Source of the DNA: Candidatus Latescibacterota bacterium
Lineage (GTDB): Bacteria; Latescibacterota; CBDEFO01
Direction: 5' to 3'
Assembly: GCA_965237525.1 (NCBI GenBank)
Contig: CBDEFO010000006.1
Location: 32,001 to 96,000, forward strand
DNA length: 64,000 nt
Positions 47,787 to 57,888 of the stretch are shown here, piece after piece (the stretch's first letter is position 1; every line of letters starts with the position of its first letter). The position numbers and the translations under genes were made by a program. The notes beneath the pieces are model-generated. The model was not told the DNA's origin. It saw only the letters and a list, made by a program, of their open reading frames with translations, and ran no database searches.

Positions 47787-49424
47787 CTACGGTCCTATCT
47801 GGCTCTCATCGAAGCTCTCTGAAGATTCAACCTCAGCGCTGACGGAGTCACTCCTTGCCCTGGATGTCCCACTCACAGCAGTCGGAGCATTCAGAGTAGG
47901 CACCCCACCTGTGTCGATTCTGAGCAGAAGGCCCTCTTCTATTGGATAGTAATCATCTGCCGCTTGAATCAGGTCCCTAGCAGTATTGTGCTGGAAGGAG
48001 AAGATCTCCACCTTGGGTCCTATTGTCTTGACCAGGTTGACCAAAGACACAAAGTCGCCGTCGCCGCTGACTAGAACTACCACATCCAGCTTGTCCACAA
48101 GGCTTATAACATCTATGGCCATACCCATATCCCAGTCCCCTTTGGCCGAGCCATCGCTTCTGAGCCTCAGGTCTTTGCGCTTGACCTGGTAGTTTTTCTG
48201 CTGGAGCATTGTGATAAAGCCGCTTTGATCTACTTCAGGGGATTGGACGACGTAGGCTATGGCCCTTATCAGCCTCCTGTTATCGCTGACTGTCGTGAGG
48301 AGCTTTTCAAAGTCGAGCCTCGAGTTGAACTGTTTTGCCGCGTAGAATATGTTCTGAACATCCACGAAGACGCCGATCCTGTCGACATCACCTTTGGGCC
48401 TTGCAGGTCCACTCACCCCTGCTCCTATCAGCTTTCTGGTTTCGGACTGGAAGACCTGAAGGTCTGATCTGATATCGTCTATGTACTTCTTTACTTCAGC
48501 CTTATAGGTTTTGCCCTGGGCGACATTTTCAGATAAGAGCTTCTTGATCTGGGATATGCTCTGTCCCACAGCCTCTACGAAGCGATTGGGGACGTCGCTC
48601 TTTACATTCTCGTTCCGATTCATTCTTTCCAAACTGTACTGAATCTTCCTGATATCTTTGGTCACCTGGTTAAGAGGCAACAAAGAGTCAGATTTCTCTT
48701 CACTAGTTACAGAATCGTCCAATTTCTTTTTGAGATTGGCGTGCTCACTTTTGAGCGCCGCTTCCCGTTTCAGGCAGGCACTAAGCTCTCTCTGTACGTC
48801 GGTTATCTTCCCTTTTAGCGCACGTCTCTCCTGTGAGAATTGGGCTGTCATTTTCTCCAAATCGGAGTTCTTTCTCCCCAGATCTCCCAACTGGGAGCGG
48901 AGCTTATCTATCTCCTTGGAGAAGTTCTTTTCCCTTTCGCGTCTGTCCAACAGGACATCCTCACCCTCAAGATCGTTATCCTCTATAGATTCGTCTATTT
49001 CCTTGAAGAGTTCATCCTTGAGCAGAGCTTCTGCAAGGTTGTCTATGAGTTCGTTCGCCTCAGGACGGTCGTCTACTGCCAGGGCGAAGAGGTCTCTTCC
49101 AATATTATGATTAGGGCTCTCCATCATACGATCTGCAAGTTTGTCAATTGGCGTTCTGTTTACCTGTCTCACTGTATTGGAGTTAGCCTTTTCCAAAACC
49201 TTTGTAATAGTCTTTGCGTTTTCTTCATCTTCGTAGAACTCATCCACAAGATCTATAATAAGATTTTCCGTAGATATAGATTGTGTGCGGGTCCCATCGT
49301 AGGAAAGAGAACACAGATTACACAGTTTTACAATAGCTTTATGGCTTAAAGAATCCTGCATAATTAGCATCATCAGCGGAGGTTTTATAAATTCGGCTAT
49401 CTTTTTGTGATTGGCTCTAGTCAT
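47787..49424 (-). CDS. Coiled-coil protein with C-terminal NYN/LabA (DUF88) domain
   Basis: FVDVQNIFY, KGDWDMGMAID, SGDGDF. Confidence 0.82.
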   Translation of the reverse strand: MTRANHKKIAEFIKPPLMMLIMQDSLSHKAIVKLCNLCSLSYDGTRTQSISTENLIIDLVDEFYEDEENAKTITKVLEKANSNTVRQVNRTPIDKLADRMMESPNHNIGRDLFALAVDDRPEANELIDNLAEALLKDELFKEIDESIEDNDLEGEDVLLDRREREKNFSKEIDKLRSQLGDLGRKNSDLEKMTAQFSQERRALKGKITDVQRELSACLKREAALKSEHANLKKKLDDSVTSEEKSDSLLPLNQVTKDIRKIQYSLERMNRNENVKSDVPNRFVEAVGQSISQIKKLLSENVAQGKTYKAEVKKYIDDIRSDLQVFQSETRKLIGAGVSGPARPKGDVDRIGVFVDVQNIFYAAKQFNSRLDFEKLLTTVSDNRRLIRAIAYVVQSPEVDQSGFITMLQQKNYQVKRKDLRLRSDGSAKGDWDMGMAIDVISLVDKLDVVVLVSGDGDFVSLVNLVKTIGPKVEIFSFQHNTARDLIQAADDYYPIEEGLLLRIDTGGVPTLNAPTAVSGTSRARSDSVSAEVESSESFDESQIGP

Positions 49425-49451
49425 CTTATTTCTCCTGGTTCTGTCCCCCCA

Positions 49452-49970
49452 TCAAGTGGGGTCCGACATCGCCGACATCGCCGACATCGGATCTGTGCCG
49501 AACTTCTCTTTTAGCTTGCTTTCGATGTAGAGCGGCACGAAATTGCTCACGTCTCCGCCGAATTCTGCCACCTCGCGCACCACCATGGAACTCAAATAGG
49601 TGTACTCCGCACTCGGCATCAGAAAGATGCTCTCAAATTGTGGGTAGAGATTCCTGTTAATCAGAGCCATTTGAAACTCGTACTCAAATTCCGTGACGAC
49701 TCTTAACCCCCGTATTATTATATCGACCCCCCTTTCCTTTGCGTAATCCACAAGGAGGGTGTCGAAACTGTCAACCGAAACCTGATCCCACTTTTTGGTC
49801 GTCTGTTCTATCATGTCCACTCTTTCGTTCACACTGAAGAGCGGCCTTTTGCGAGCGCTTAAAGCTACGCTCACGATAACCTGATCGAAGATCCCTATTG
49901 CGCGCTTGATTACGTCTAAATGTCCGTATGTTATAGGATCGAATGTCCCCGGATAGAGAGCTTTTGCCAA
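49452..49970 (-). CDS. coaD: Phosphopantetheine adenylyltransferase
   Basis: YPGTFDPITYGH, IRGLR, SSMVVRE. Confidence 0.96.
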   Translation of the reverse strand: MAKALYPGTFDPITYGHLDVIKRAIGIFDQVIVSVALSARKRPLFSVNERVDMIEQTTKKWDQVSVDSFDTLLVDYAKERGVDIIIRGLRVVTEFEYEFQMALINRNLYPQFESIFLMPSAEYTYLSSMVVREVAEFGGDVSNFVPLYIESKLKEKFGTDPMSAMSAMSDPT

Positions 49971-49985
49971 ATTCCCTCCTTATTT

Positions 49986-50549
49986 TTAAGTAAATGATAA
50001 TAGTTTTTCCCAAAATACCACTTTTGTATCCCCGTAGACCCTCTCCGAACAGGCTGTGAAGTTGTACGCCTTCTCTGGGAGTTCCTCCCCTTTGGAAGTT
50101 TCGGTCACAATTAGCCCGCCATCTGATAGAAGGTTCCACCTGTCTAACGCTCTTAACACCACCTCAGTCAGAGCCTTTCTGTAGGGCGGATCAGAGAATA
50201 TCAGATCGAACCTGCTACCCGATTGGGAGATCTTTTCCATCGCCCCGAAGCAGCTTGCTCTCCAGACCTGGCAGCTTTCCTCAAAGCCGAGTTTCCCAAG
50301 GTTTTCTTTTATGACTTTGACTAAACTTTCGTTTGAATCTATAAAGAGGGCGCTGTGGGCTCCTCTGGAAAGGGCCTCCATTCCTAAGCTACCCGTCCCG
50401 GCAAAGAGATCCAGCACCTGTGCGTCCTGGACTCTGCTTGCCAGGATGTTGAAGATGGATTCCCTGACCCTGTCGCTCGTCGGACGGACAGAGTTCCGTC
50501 TAATCACCTTCAGCCTGTGTCCTTTGGCTTTTCCGGAGATTATTCGCAT
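49986..50549 (-). CDS. rsmD: 16S rRNA m2G966 methyltransferase
   Basis: MRIISG, RPTSDRVRE, DLFAGTG, DPPY. Confidence 0.95.
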   Translation of the reverse strand: MRIISGKAKGHRLKVIRRNSVRPTSDRVRESIFNILASRVQDAQVLDLFAGTGSLGMEALSRGAHSALFIDSNESLVKVIKENLGKLGFEESCQVWRASCFGAMEKISQSGSRFDLIFSDPPYRKALTEVVLRALDRWNLLSDGGLIVTETSKGEELPEKAYNFTACSERVYGDTKVVFWEKLLSFT

Positions 50550-50706
50550 GAGCGTATTCTGTGTCTAAAGAGAAAATAGACGCCACAGCTCCAATATAAA
50601 AGAATTAGATACCCGAAGTCAATAATTTTAATTCTATAAAGCCCTATTCGGAAACGTAAGGTCCAAGTTTTGCCTGGAGGTAAGAACTTGTCTCAACGTA
50701 GTATCT

Positions 50707-52611
50707 TCAGGGCAGACACGCGGATCTGCCGCTACTACAGTCTGATGATCTCCGGCAGACCACATCCATCGTGATCTCTGTGATCTCTTCTATTATCCTG
50801 GAGGATAGAACTTGAGCCTCTTGCTTAATCTTATAAAGATCACCCTCTTTTGCCCCCACTGCTGAAGGGGAATAGACGCTGATATAGTATTTGATTTTAG
50901 GCTCCGTGCCTGATGGCCTAGCCGCAAGGCTTGTCCTTCCGTCTTGGGAGAGATTGAAGATCAAAAGATTACCTGCTGGCTTTTCGATAGTTCGAAGTGT
51001 CCTCCCTGAGTCGGGATCGAAGGCTTTCCCGGTCAGATAGTCCCTGATCTGGCGTACCTTCAGTCTGGCAATCTTCTTGGGGGGATCACTGCGTAATCTT
51101 TTCATCACTTCCAAGATTAGATAGTTACCTTCTGCCCCCTCAAGGAAGATATTTTTCACTGCGTTTTCGTAATAACCGTATTTCGTGTAGATTTCATCCA
51201 AAAGTTGATGCGGGGTCCTGCCCTCTTTTTTCAACTGTGCGGTCAACTCCACCATCAGCATCGCCGCTACAGTTCCGTCCTTATCGCGAGCATACGTCCC
51301 CTTTAAGAATCCGATGCTCTCCTCCGTTCCGAAGATGAAGCGTCCAGGATCGTCAAGTTCCCTTATGACTTGGGCGATGTGTTTGAACCCCACAAGCAGA
51401 TTGCCCTCGACCTGGATTCCAAAACTTCTGGATATGTGCGAAATTAGCTCGGTCGTCACCAGGGTCTTGACTATCAGGCCATCTTTGCGAAGCTCGCCTG
51501 ATGCCTTTTGCTGACTCAGGATAAAATAGGTCAAAAGGGCGCCGATCTGGTTGCCGTCCAGTATCTTCCACTCATCTTTATGGGGTAGAATCGGGGCGGC
51601 TGACGCCATCCGGTCGGCGTCAGGATCGTTGGCAAGCACAATATCGGCCTTCCTGCTTTTGGCTTCCTCTATGGCAAATTCTAGAGACGATGGCTCTTCA
51701 GGGTTCGGCCTACTGTTAGCCACTCCCGAAAAGTCTCCGTCGGGGTCTGCCTGTTCGGAGACGATATAGAGGTCTTTGTCGTAGCCGAGGCGACGAAGCA
51801 CCGGCACGGTAGAAGTAATACCGACTCCGTTAAGAGGCGTATAGACTATACCCACATCGCCTTCGTGGGTAAGTGCCTCGTCCAAGACAGCCGACAGATA
51901 CTGCTGGTCAATATCATCTCCAAGCTGGCTTAAGAGCCCCCGTTCTTTAGCTTCCGAAATGCTGACGCGCTTAATCTCTCGGACATCTGACACCGCATCT
52001 ATGATCTTTTCCTCATGCGGTGGGACTATCTGCCCTCCGTCGGACCAGTAGACCTTAATTCCATTGTCCCTGGGAGGATTGTGAGACGCTGAGATTACGA
52101 TTCCGACGTCGGCGTGCAGTTCTCTGACTGCAAAAGACAGCTCGGGAGTCGAACGAAAGTCCGGAAAAAGATGGACAAAGATGCTGTTGGCGGTCAGCAC
52201 CTCTGCAACTATCAGGGCGAACTCTTTTGAATGGTGACGGACATCGTAGGCTATTACGGCCCTGTAGTGTTCGTCTCTTTTCTTTATCTTCAAGGAAAGT
52301 AGATAGTCAGAAAGTCCCTGGGCTGACTCGCCGATAGTCTGCGGATTGATGCGATTCGTCCCCACTCCCATGGGGCCCCGCCGCCCACCTGTCCCGAACG
52401 GGATGATCGTGTGGAAGCGGTCGTTCAGACCGGAGAACTGTTCCTCTTCGATCAAAAGACGCAGGTCATCGTCGTGGAACTCCAAAAATCTTCCGGACTC
52501 AAGCCAGTTCTTAAGATTTTCAAGCGCAACCGGCGTGAGTTCCTGAGCTTTAGGCGATTCAACAACTTTCCTTAGAAGATCTGCACCTTCCAGATCGCCA
52601 CTTTTCGACAT
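50707..52611 (-). CDS. Phosphoglucomutase/phosphomannomutase
   Basis: FGTGGRRG, SASHNP, DPDADR, RPSGTEPKIK. Confidence 0.94.
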   Translation of the reverse strand: MSKSGDLEGADLLRKVVESPKAQELTPVALENLKNWLESGRFLEFHDDDLRLLIEEEQFSGLNDRFHTIIPFGTGGRRGPMGVGTNRINPQTIGESAQGLSDYLLSLKIKKRDEHYRAVIAYDVRHHSKEFALIVAEVLTANSIFVHLFPDFRSTPELSFAVRELHADVGIVISASHNPPRDNGIKVYWSDGGQIVPPHEEKIIDAVSDVREIKRVSISEAKERGLLSQLGDDIDQQYLSAVLDEALTHEGDVGIVYTPLNGVGITSTVPVLRRLGYDKDLYIVSEQADPDGDFSGVANSRPNPEEPSSLEFAIEEAKSRKADIVLANDPDADRMASAAPILPHKDEWKILDGNQIGALLTYFILSQQKASGELRKDGLIVKTLVTTELISHISRSFGIQVEGNLLVGFKHIAQVIRELDDPGRFIFGTEESIGFLKGTYARDKDGTVAAMLMVELTAQLKKEGRTPHQLLDEIYTKYGYYENAVKNIFLEGAEGNYLILEVMKRLRSDPPKKIARLKVRQIRDYLTGKAFDPDSGRTLRTIEKPAGNLLIFNLSQDGRTSLAARPSGTEPKIKYYISVYSPSAVGAKEGDLYKIKQEAQVLSSRIIEEITEITMDVVCRRSSDCSSGRSACLP

Positions 52612-52729
52612 CGTCCTGCCTTTCCTTTTTTGACCGACTCCTTAAGGATTTGAAGACCGAATATTGGGTCAACTTTAAAAATAGTCTCTTGTGGAGAGCA
52701 GAGCAAGTCCTTTTTGCAGAGAATAAACC

Positions 52730-52771
52730 AAAAAAGGGGCTGACCGGCGCGAATAACCGGTCAACCCCTTT
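52730..52771 (-). terminator. Intrinsic terminator after the CHRD gene
   Basis: AAAGGGGTTGACCGG-loop-CCGGTCAGCCCC-TTTTTT on the minus strand. Confidence 0.85.
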
Positions 52772-52794
52772 CCGCTGCTCACTGTTGCACGAAC

Positions 52795-53694
52795 TTACTC
52801 AATAGAATCTTTGATTTTGCCCCACGTAGAAGGTTCTACTGCTGTATCCTCTATAGGGGTTGTGGCGAGGACTTGACCTCTGATTTCTCCCGGTGGGTTG
52901 TCACCTGTATGGATATTGACGTAGATATCGCCTGCCAGAAGTTCATCCACTAAAAGAGGCGCGGCATCTGTGCTGCTCCAGACCCCGGATATGGTGTTTC
53001 CAGAGATCTCACCCGCTGAAAAACCGCGGACGACGCCACCTGCCACACCCGCCGGAGCCATGTGGAAATGGGCGGCAGTTATTGGACCGCTCAGATCTGT
53101 GACAGTGATGCGGAACGTCAACTCTGTCTCATCGTCATTGAGCGTAAACGAGCCTGTCCCAGTCGGATTGAGGCCCTCAGGAATTGCAGGAGCAGGAACC
53201 GCCTGATCTACATCCACTATAGCTGTGAAGCCGATGCCTGTAGTGGCCAGGACCTGACCTCTGATTTCACCCGGTGGGTTGTCGCCCGTATGGATGTTGA
53301 CGTAGATATCACCTGCCAGAAGTTCAGCCACTAAAAGAGGGGCAGCGTCTGCGCTGCTCCAGACCCCGGATATGGTGTTTCCAGAGACCTCATCCGCTGA
53401 AAAGCCGCGGACGACGCCACCTGCCACACCCGCCGAAGCCATGTGGAAATGGCCGGCGGTCATTGGACCGCTCAGGTCTGTGACAGTGATGTGGAATGTC
53501 AACTCTGTCTCGTCGTCATTCAGCGTAAACGAGCCTGTTCCGGTCGGATTGAGGCCCTCAGGAATTTCAGGAGCGGGAATCTCCTGATCTACATCCACCA
53601 CGGCCGTAAAGTGAGTATGAGCATAGCCGATGCCTTGCAGCGATAATAGAGCACACATTACAGAAAACGACAAAACTGAAAATGTTTTTATCAT
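52795..53694 (-). CDS. Secreted tandem CHRD-domain protein with C-terminal STWGKIK tag
   Basis: Two 127-aa repeats with (G/A)HFH and YVNIHTGDNPPGEIRGQ; signal peptide. Confidence 0.88.
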   Translation of the reverse strand: MIKTFSVLSFSVMCALLSLQGIGYAHTHFTAVVDVDQEIPAPEIPEGLNPTGTGSFTLNDDETELTFHITVTDLSGPMTAGHFHMASAGVAGGVVRGFSADEVSGNTISGVWSSADAAPLLVAELLAGDIYVNIHTGDNPPGEIRGQVLATTGIGFTAIVDVDQAVPAPAIPEGLNPTGTGSFTLNDDETELTFRITVTDLSGPITAAHFHMAPAGVAGGVVRGFSAGEISGNTISGVWSSTDAAPLLVDELLAGDIYVNIHTGDNPPGEIRGQVLATTPIEDTAVEPSTWGKIKDSIE

Positions 53695-53849
53695 TACTTC
53701 ACTCCTTTCGTTTATCTCGTTCGACCGTTTGACATCTGTAGTTCTATGTACGTTCTTTCAGATCAGGTATAGACTTAATCACCTCCCCTCTGTCTGCCGC
53801 TGGTTACAGATCGTAGCTTACAGTGCATACCTTAAGAATGGTACATAGG

Positions 53850-53865
53850 TGCAAGTACAGTGCCA
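53850..53865 (-). promoter_or_regulatory. sigma54 (-24/-12) promoter of the CHRD gene
   Basis: TGGCAC-TGTAC-TTGCA. Confidence 0.85.
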
Positions 53866-54048
53866 TAGAGCCGCCCATAGGAATAACCTATACGTAACAG
53901 TTGTATACTCAATGTGTTATTACCTGGAAAAGGTCACTAAAGATTGGTCTTCGATATGAAAGGGACTGTGGTCTTGGGTACACATATATTTCGAATAACG
54001 CTCAAGTATCCTTCCCAAAAATATCCCAAGAATATCCCAAGAAGATCA

Positions 54049-54077
54049 TTGACTGGGAAGACAATTAAGTGTATAAT
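54049..54077 (+). promoter_or_regulatory. sigma70 promoter of the enhancer-binding protein gene
   Basis: TTGACT-17 nt-TATAAT; supports ATG 54130 as the start. Confidence 0.7.
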
Positions 54078-54129
54078 AGTATATACAGTGTGTTCTAGAT
54101 TATACAACCTATGGATATGGAGGTCTTAT

Positions 54130-56070
54130 ATGCCCGTCTATGACATCGGATCTGCTGTGGGTGGGGTCTTCAGGGCTATCAAAGAGTATCAAGGGATAGA
54201 CGGTGTTAGTCTCTGTCTGTTTGACTCTTACGATGACGATATGATCGTGATTCTGCCGCGGTGGACCTCATGTGGCAGTGGACGCTCTACTTGTGCAAAG
54301 ATACTTAAAAGGATCGCGTCCCACGGAAATCCCGATGTTATTACCAAAAGGGTGCAAAGAATTGCCGAAGAGCTCTTCCCCGGGATAGAGGCTGTTGAGG
54401 TCGGTGTTCTTCCGCTTGTCTACGAAAATGGCCTCATCGGAACTCTTAATATAGCTTCCCTCAGGGAGAGCAAGATACAGAGGGAAAATCTGGAGAGTCT
54501 TGTGGAACATGCCGATCTTTTGGGCGATGTCCTGAGCGGTCGGGGATCCCTGGAAAGGAAACGCGACATTCAGCTTGATCTCATAAATCGTCTGGGCCGT
54601 CAGAATATCCTCAAGAAGCAACTTGAGGAATTCTTGGATATGGCTGTCGTCTCGATAAGAGAGAACCTGAACTATTACAACGTGTCTTTGTTTATGCTGG
54701 ATGAATCGGGAAAGAATCTGGTTTTGACGGCTCATGCGGGTTCCTACCGGGGCATCGTTAGAAGGGGGCACAGACAGAGCCTCGGGGTAGGAATGTTGGG
54801 ATGGACAGCAAGGAACGGGAAGACTCTGCTTGCAAACGATGTGAGCAAGGAACCTACATACGTGGTGGTCAACGGGCTCAAGACAGGCTCGGAAATCTGC
54901 GTGCCCGTGGTGGTGGACGAAAAGGTGATAGGGGTCTTAAACGTGGAAAGCGACAGAACAAGTGCATTCGATCAAGGTGACGTGAAGGCCCTGGAGACGC
55001 TCTCAGGCCAGTTGGCCGACGCCATAAAGATGCAGAAAAACCACAGGGACCTAAACCTTATTAAAAGGGAGCTCGGCGAAAGATACAACGTAGATAACAT
55101 CATAGGCACAAGTGAAGAGATGTTAAAGGTCTTAAACTTAGTAAAGGTGGTCTCTCAAAGCGATACGACCGTTATCATAAGGGGGGAGACCGGGACAGGC
55201 AAGAATCTGATAGCCAAGGCGATCCATTTAGGGAGCGACAGACACGACAGTCCATTCGTGTCCCTCAACTGCGCAGCTATTCCTGACTCCCTTTTTGAAA
55301 GCGAGCTATTCGGCCACGAAAAGGGCGCCTTCACAGGCGCCGATAGAAAAAGGATCGGAAAAATAAAGCTCACAGATGGGGGAACGCTCTTCTTGGATGA
55401 AGTAGGGGATATACCTTACCCTATGCAGATTAAACTCTTGAGGGTGATTGAAGAGAAGGTATTTACAAGGGTCGGAGGCGAAGATGAGATAAAGGCGGAC
55501 GTCAGGATAATCTCCGCCTCCAGCCTCCCTTTGGAAGAACTCGAAAGAGAGGGTTCCTTCAGAAAAGACCTCTATTTCAGACTTAATGTTGTGCCCATAC
55601 ATCTTCCTCCCTTAAGGGAAAGGATTGAGGATGTTCCTCTTCTGGCTTACCATTTCTTGACGAAGGCGTGTGGGAAGCTAAATAAGGATATACGGCATAT
55701 CGAACCGGACATCTTATCGGACATGGCGTCACACCAATGGCCAGGAAACGTAAGGGAGCTCGAGAATCTCATCGAGAGGGCTGTCTTGATGCAGAAGGGC
55801 TCTTCTTTGACTCATATTGAGATTCCGAGCCGGAAAACTCAGAAGATGGGGGGAATTGACACTGTCACGATAGATGACAGTCTTCCGTTGGATGAGGTGA
55901 AAGAGAGGGCAATTGCCGAGATCGAAGGAGAGTATCTGCGAAAGGTGCTTACCAGATGCAAGGGCAACATAAGCCTTGCCGCGAAGATGGCGGGCATGAA
56001 CAGGAGGACTATGTATAATAAGATGGAAAAGTATAACATAAGAAGGAGAGACTTCTTGGCATCCCCATAG
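54130..56070 (+). CDS. GAF-domain sigma54-dependent transcriptional activator
   Basis: GETGTGK, ESELFGHEKGAFTGA, LFLDE, WPGNVREL, Fis HTH; GGAGG RBS. Confidence 0.93.
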   Translation: MPVYDIGSAVGGVFRAIKEYQGIDGVSLCLFDSYDDDMIVILPRWTSCGSGRSTCAKILKRIASHGNPDVITKRVQRIAEELFPGIEAVEVGVLPLVYENGLIGTLNIASLRESKIQRENLESLVEHADLLGDVLSGRGSLERKRDIQLDLINRLGRQNILKKQLEEFLDMAVVSIRENLNYYNVSLFMLDESGKNLVLTAHAGSYRGIVRRGHRQSLGVGMLGWTARNGKTLLANDVSKEPTYVVVNGLKTGSEICVPVVVDEKVIGVLNVESDRTSAFDQGDVKALETLSGQLADAIKMQKNHRDLNLIKRELGERYNVDNIIGTSEEMLKVLNLVKVVSQSDTTVIIRGETGTGKNLIAKAIHLGSDRHDSPFVSLNCAAIPDSLFESELFGHEKGAFTGADRKRIGKIKLTDGGTLFLDEVGDIPYPMQIKLLRVIEEKVFTRVGGEDEIKADVRIISASSLPLEELEREGSFRKDLYFRLNVVPIHLPPLRERIEDVPLLAYHFLTKACGKLNKDIRHIEPDILSDMASHQWPGNVRELENLIERAVLMQKGSSLTHIEIPSRKTQKMGGIDTVTIDDSLPLDEVKERAIAEIEGEYLRKVLTRCKGNISLAAKMAGMNRRTMYNKMEKYNIRRRDFLASP

Positions 56071-56079
56071 AACCCCTAA

Positions 56080-57493
56080 TTAGAGTTCCTCTTTACTCTC
56101 CGCAATGTCATCCAATGCTCTTCTTGCCTTGGTCCCAGGTGGGCCATCGGGATCAAGTTCGATGGCCTTCTCATACTTTTCGATTGCCTCATCGCTGTCC
56201 CCTTGGGAATGAGACACTTCACCCCAACTGTAATAAGCTGTGGCAAATTGTGGATCGAGTTCGATAGCCTGCTGAAACTTTTGAGTTGCCTCTTCGTGCT
56301 TCCCCTGTTTATACAGCGCAACGCCCCAGTTGTTGTATGTATCTACATATTTTGAGTCCAGATGGGCGGCCTTCTGAAACTTTTGAATTGCCCCCTGATA
56401 ATCCCCTTGATTGGCAAGGGCATTTCCCCAGTTGTTGTACGCATCTACATATCTGGGGTCCAGATCGGTGGCCTTCTTATACTTTTCAATTGCCCCCTCA
56501 TTATCCCCCCGGTCCTGCAGTGCAAGACCCCAGTTGTAGTATGCATGGGCATATTCTGGATCCAGTTCGATGGCCTTCTTAAACTTTTCAATTGCCCCAT
56601 TATTATCCCCCTGGTTGGCCAACGTACTGCCCCACTTGTAGTATGCAGAGGCATCTTTTGGATCCAGATCAGTACCCTGCTGAAACTTTTCAATTGCCTC
56701 CTCATTTTCACCCTGCTCGGACAATACATCGCCCCAGTTGTTGTATGCCTCGGCATATTGTGGGTCGACTTCGACAGTTTTCTTAAACTTGTCAATTGCC
56801 CCGTCATTATCCCCCTGGTTGGCCAACGCATTGCCCCAGTTATTATATGCAGGAGCAGATTTCGGATCAAGTTCGATGGCCTTCTTATACTTGTCAATTG
56901 CTTGTCCGTGTTTCCCCTGTTTGTTTAAGATTTGACCCCAGTTGTTATATGCAGGAGTAAAGTTTGCGTCAACTTGAATAGCCTTTCTATATTTGGCAAT
57001 TGCCTCTTTGACTTTGCCCTGTCTTTCTAATTCAAAGCCCAAGTCGTTAAGTGCCTGGGCAGATTTGGGGTTGCGTTTGATAACGCTTTTAAACTTGTCT
57101 AACGGCCCCTCGGGTTCTGTTTGTTCAACTAACTTGCCATTTGGGTTGAGTTCGGCATCTTTCTGAGACGTGCCAATCGTCCTATGCTGTTTTCTCAAGT
57201 AATACAACGCAATGCCCCAAATGAGAACAAATAATACGATGACAAATACTATAACTCCCGTATTAAGTATCTTTTCGAGAAGGATGTCCCAACCGGTATC
57301 TCCCTCTTCCTCAAGTTGTTCAGGTACCTCGAGAGGGTTCTGTCAGTAGAGTGTCTCCCTCGGACTGTACAAGGGCGACAGAGGCTGATAGAGCCACGAG
57401 ACACATAGTAGTTATAAGCTTAAGGATAACCATGAGTAGGAGGCCTAATTTATCCCATTTGCCTGACCGGATATTTTGGGTCTGTCTAGACAT
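56080..57493 (-). pseudogene. Membrane-anchored TPR protein with +1 frameshift near the N-terminus
   Basis: Multiple 34-aa TPRs (AYNNWG..AIELDP); removing one G at 57335-57337 joins the signal peptide to EPLEVPEQLEEEGDTG, a TM helix and the TPRs. Confidence 0.75.
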
Positions 57494-57888
57494 AAATAGA
57501 TCTTATTGTAGAGATACAGGCTTCGCCATTGCGTTTAAACATACGATAAAGATTTTGCCACCTTGCTCGGGTAGAGCTGGAAAAGAAGGTCAAGTTTTCC
57601 TCATTGAAAATAGTAACGTGCGACCTTTTGCGGTGAGTATCTATACCCATAAAAAGGTGTTTGCCTATCTGGGCTAAAGAGTTTTATTTTATCATGCTGA
57701 GCCACCTGGCGAGCAAGTCAACGGATAAGCGCCGATTCATTCCACCAGCAATTTACCCTTTCAAGCGCCGGTCCCAACTACTTCTTAAGATACTTACAGG
57801 CTCAACGCTGTTTGTTGATTATCCTCCTTAATTCCTACCAATCTACTATGCCCTTAATCGCAGGATCTCCGCTTTCAGAAAGATCTAA

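Noticed and set aside
1062..50734. CRISPR array among the palindromic repeats
   Set aside because: No regular repeat-spacer periodicity and no cas genes
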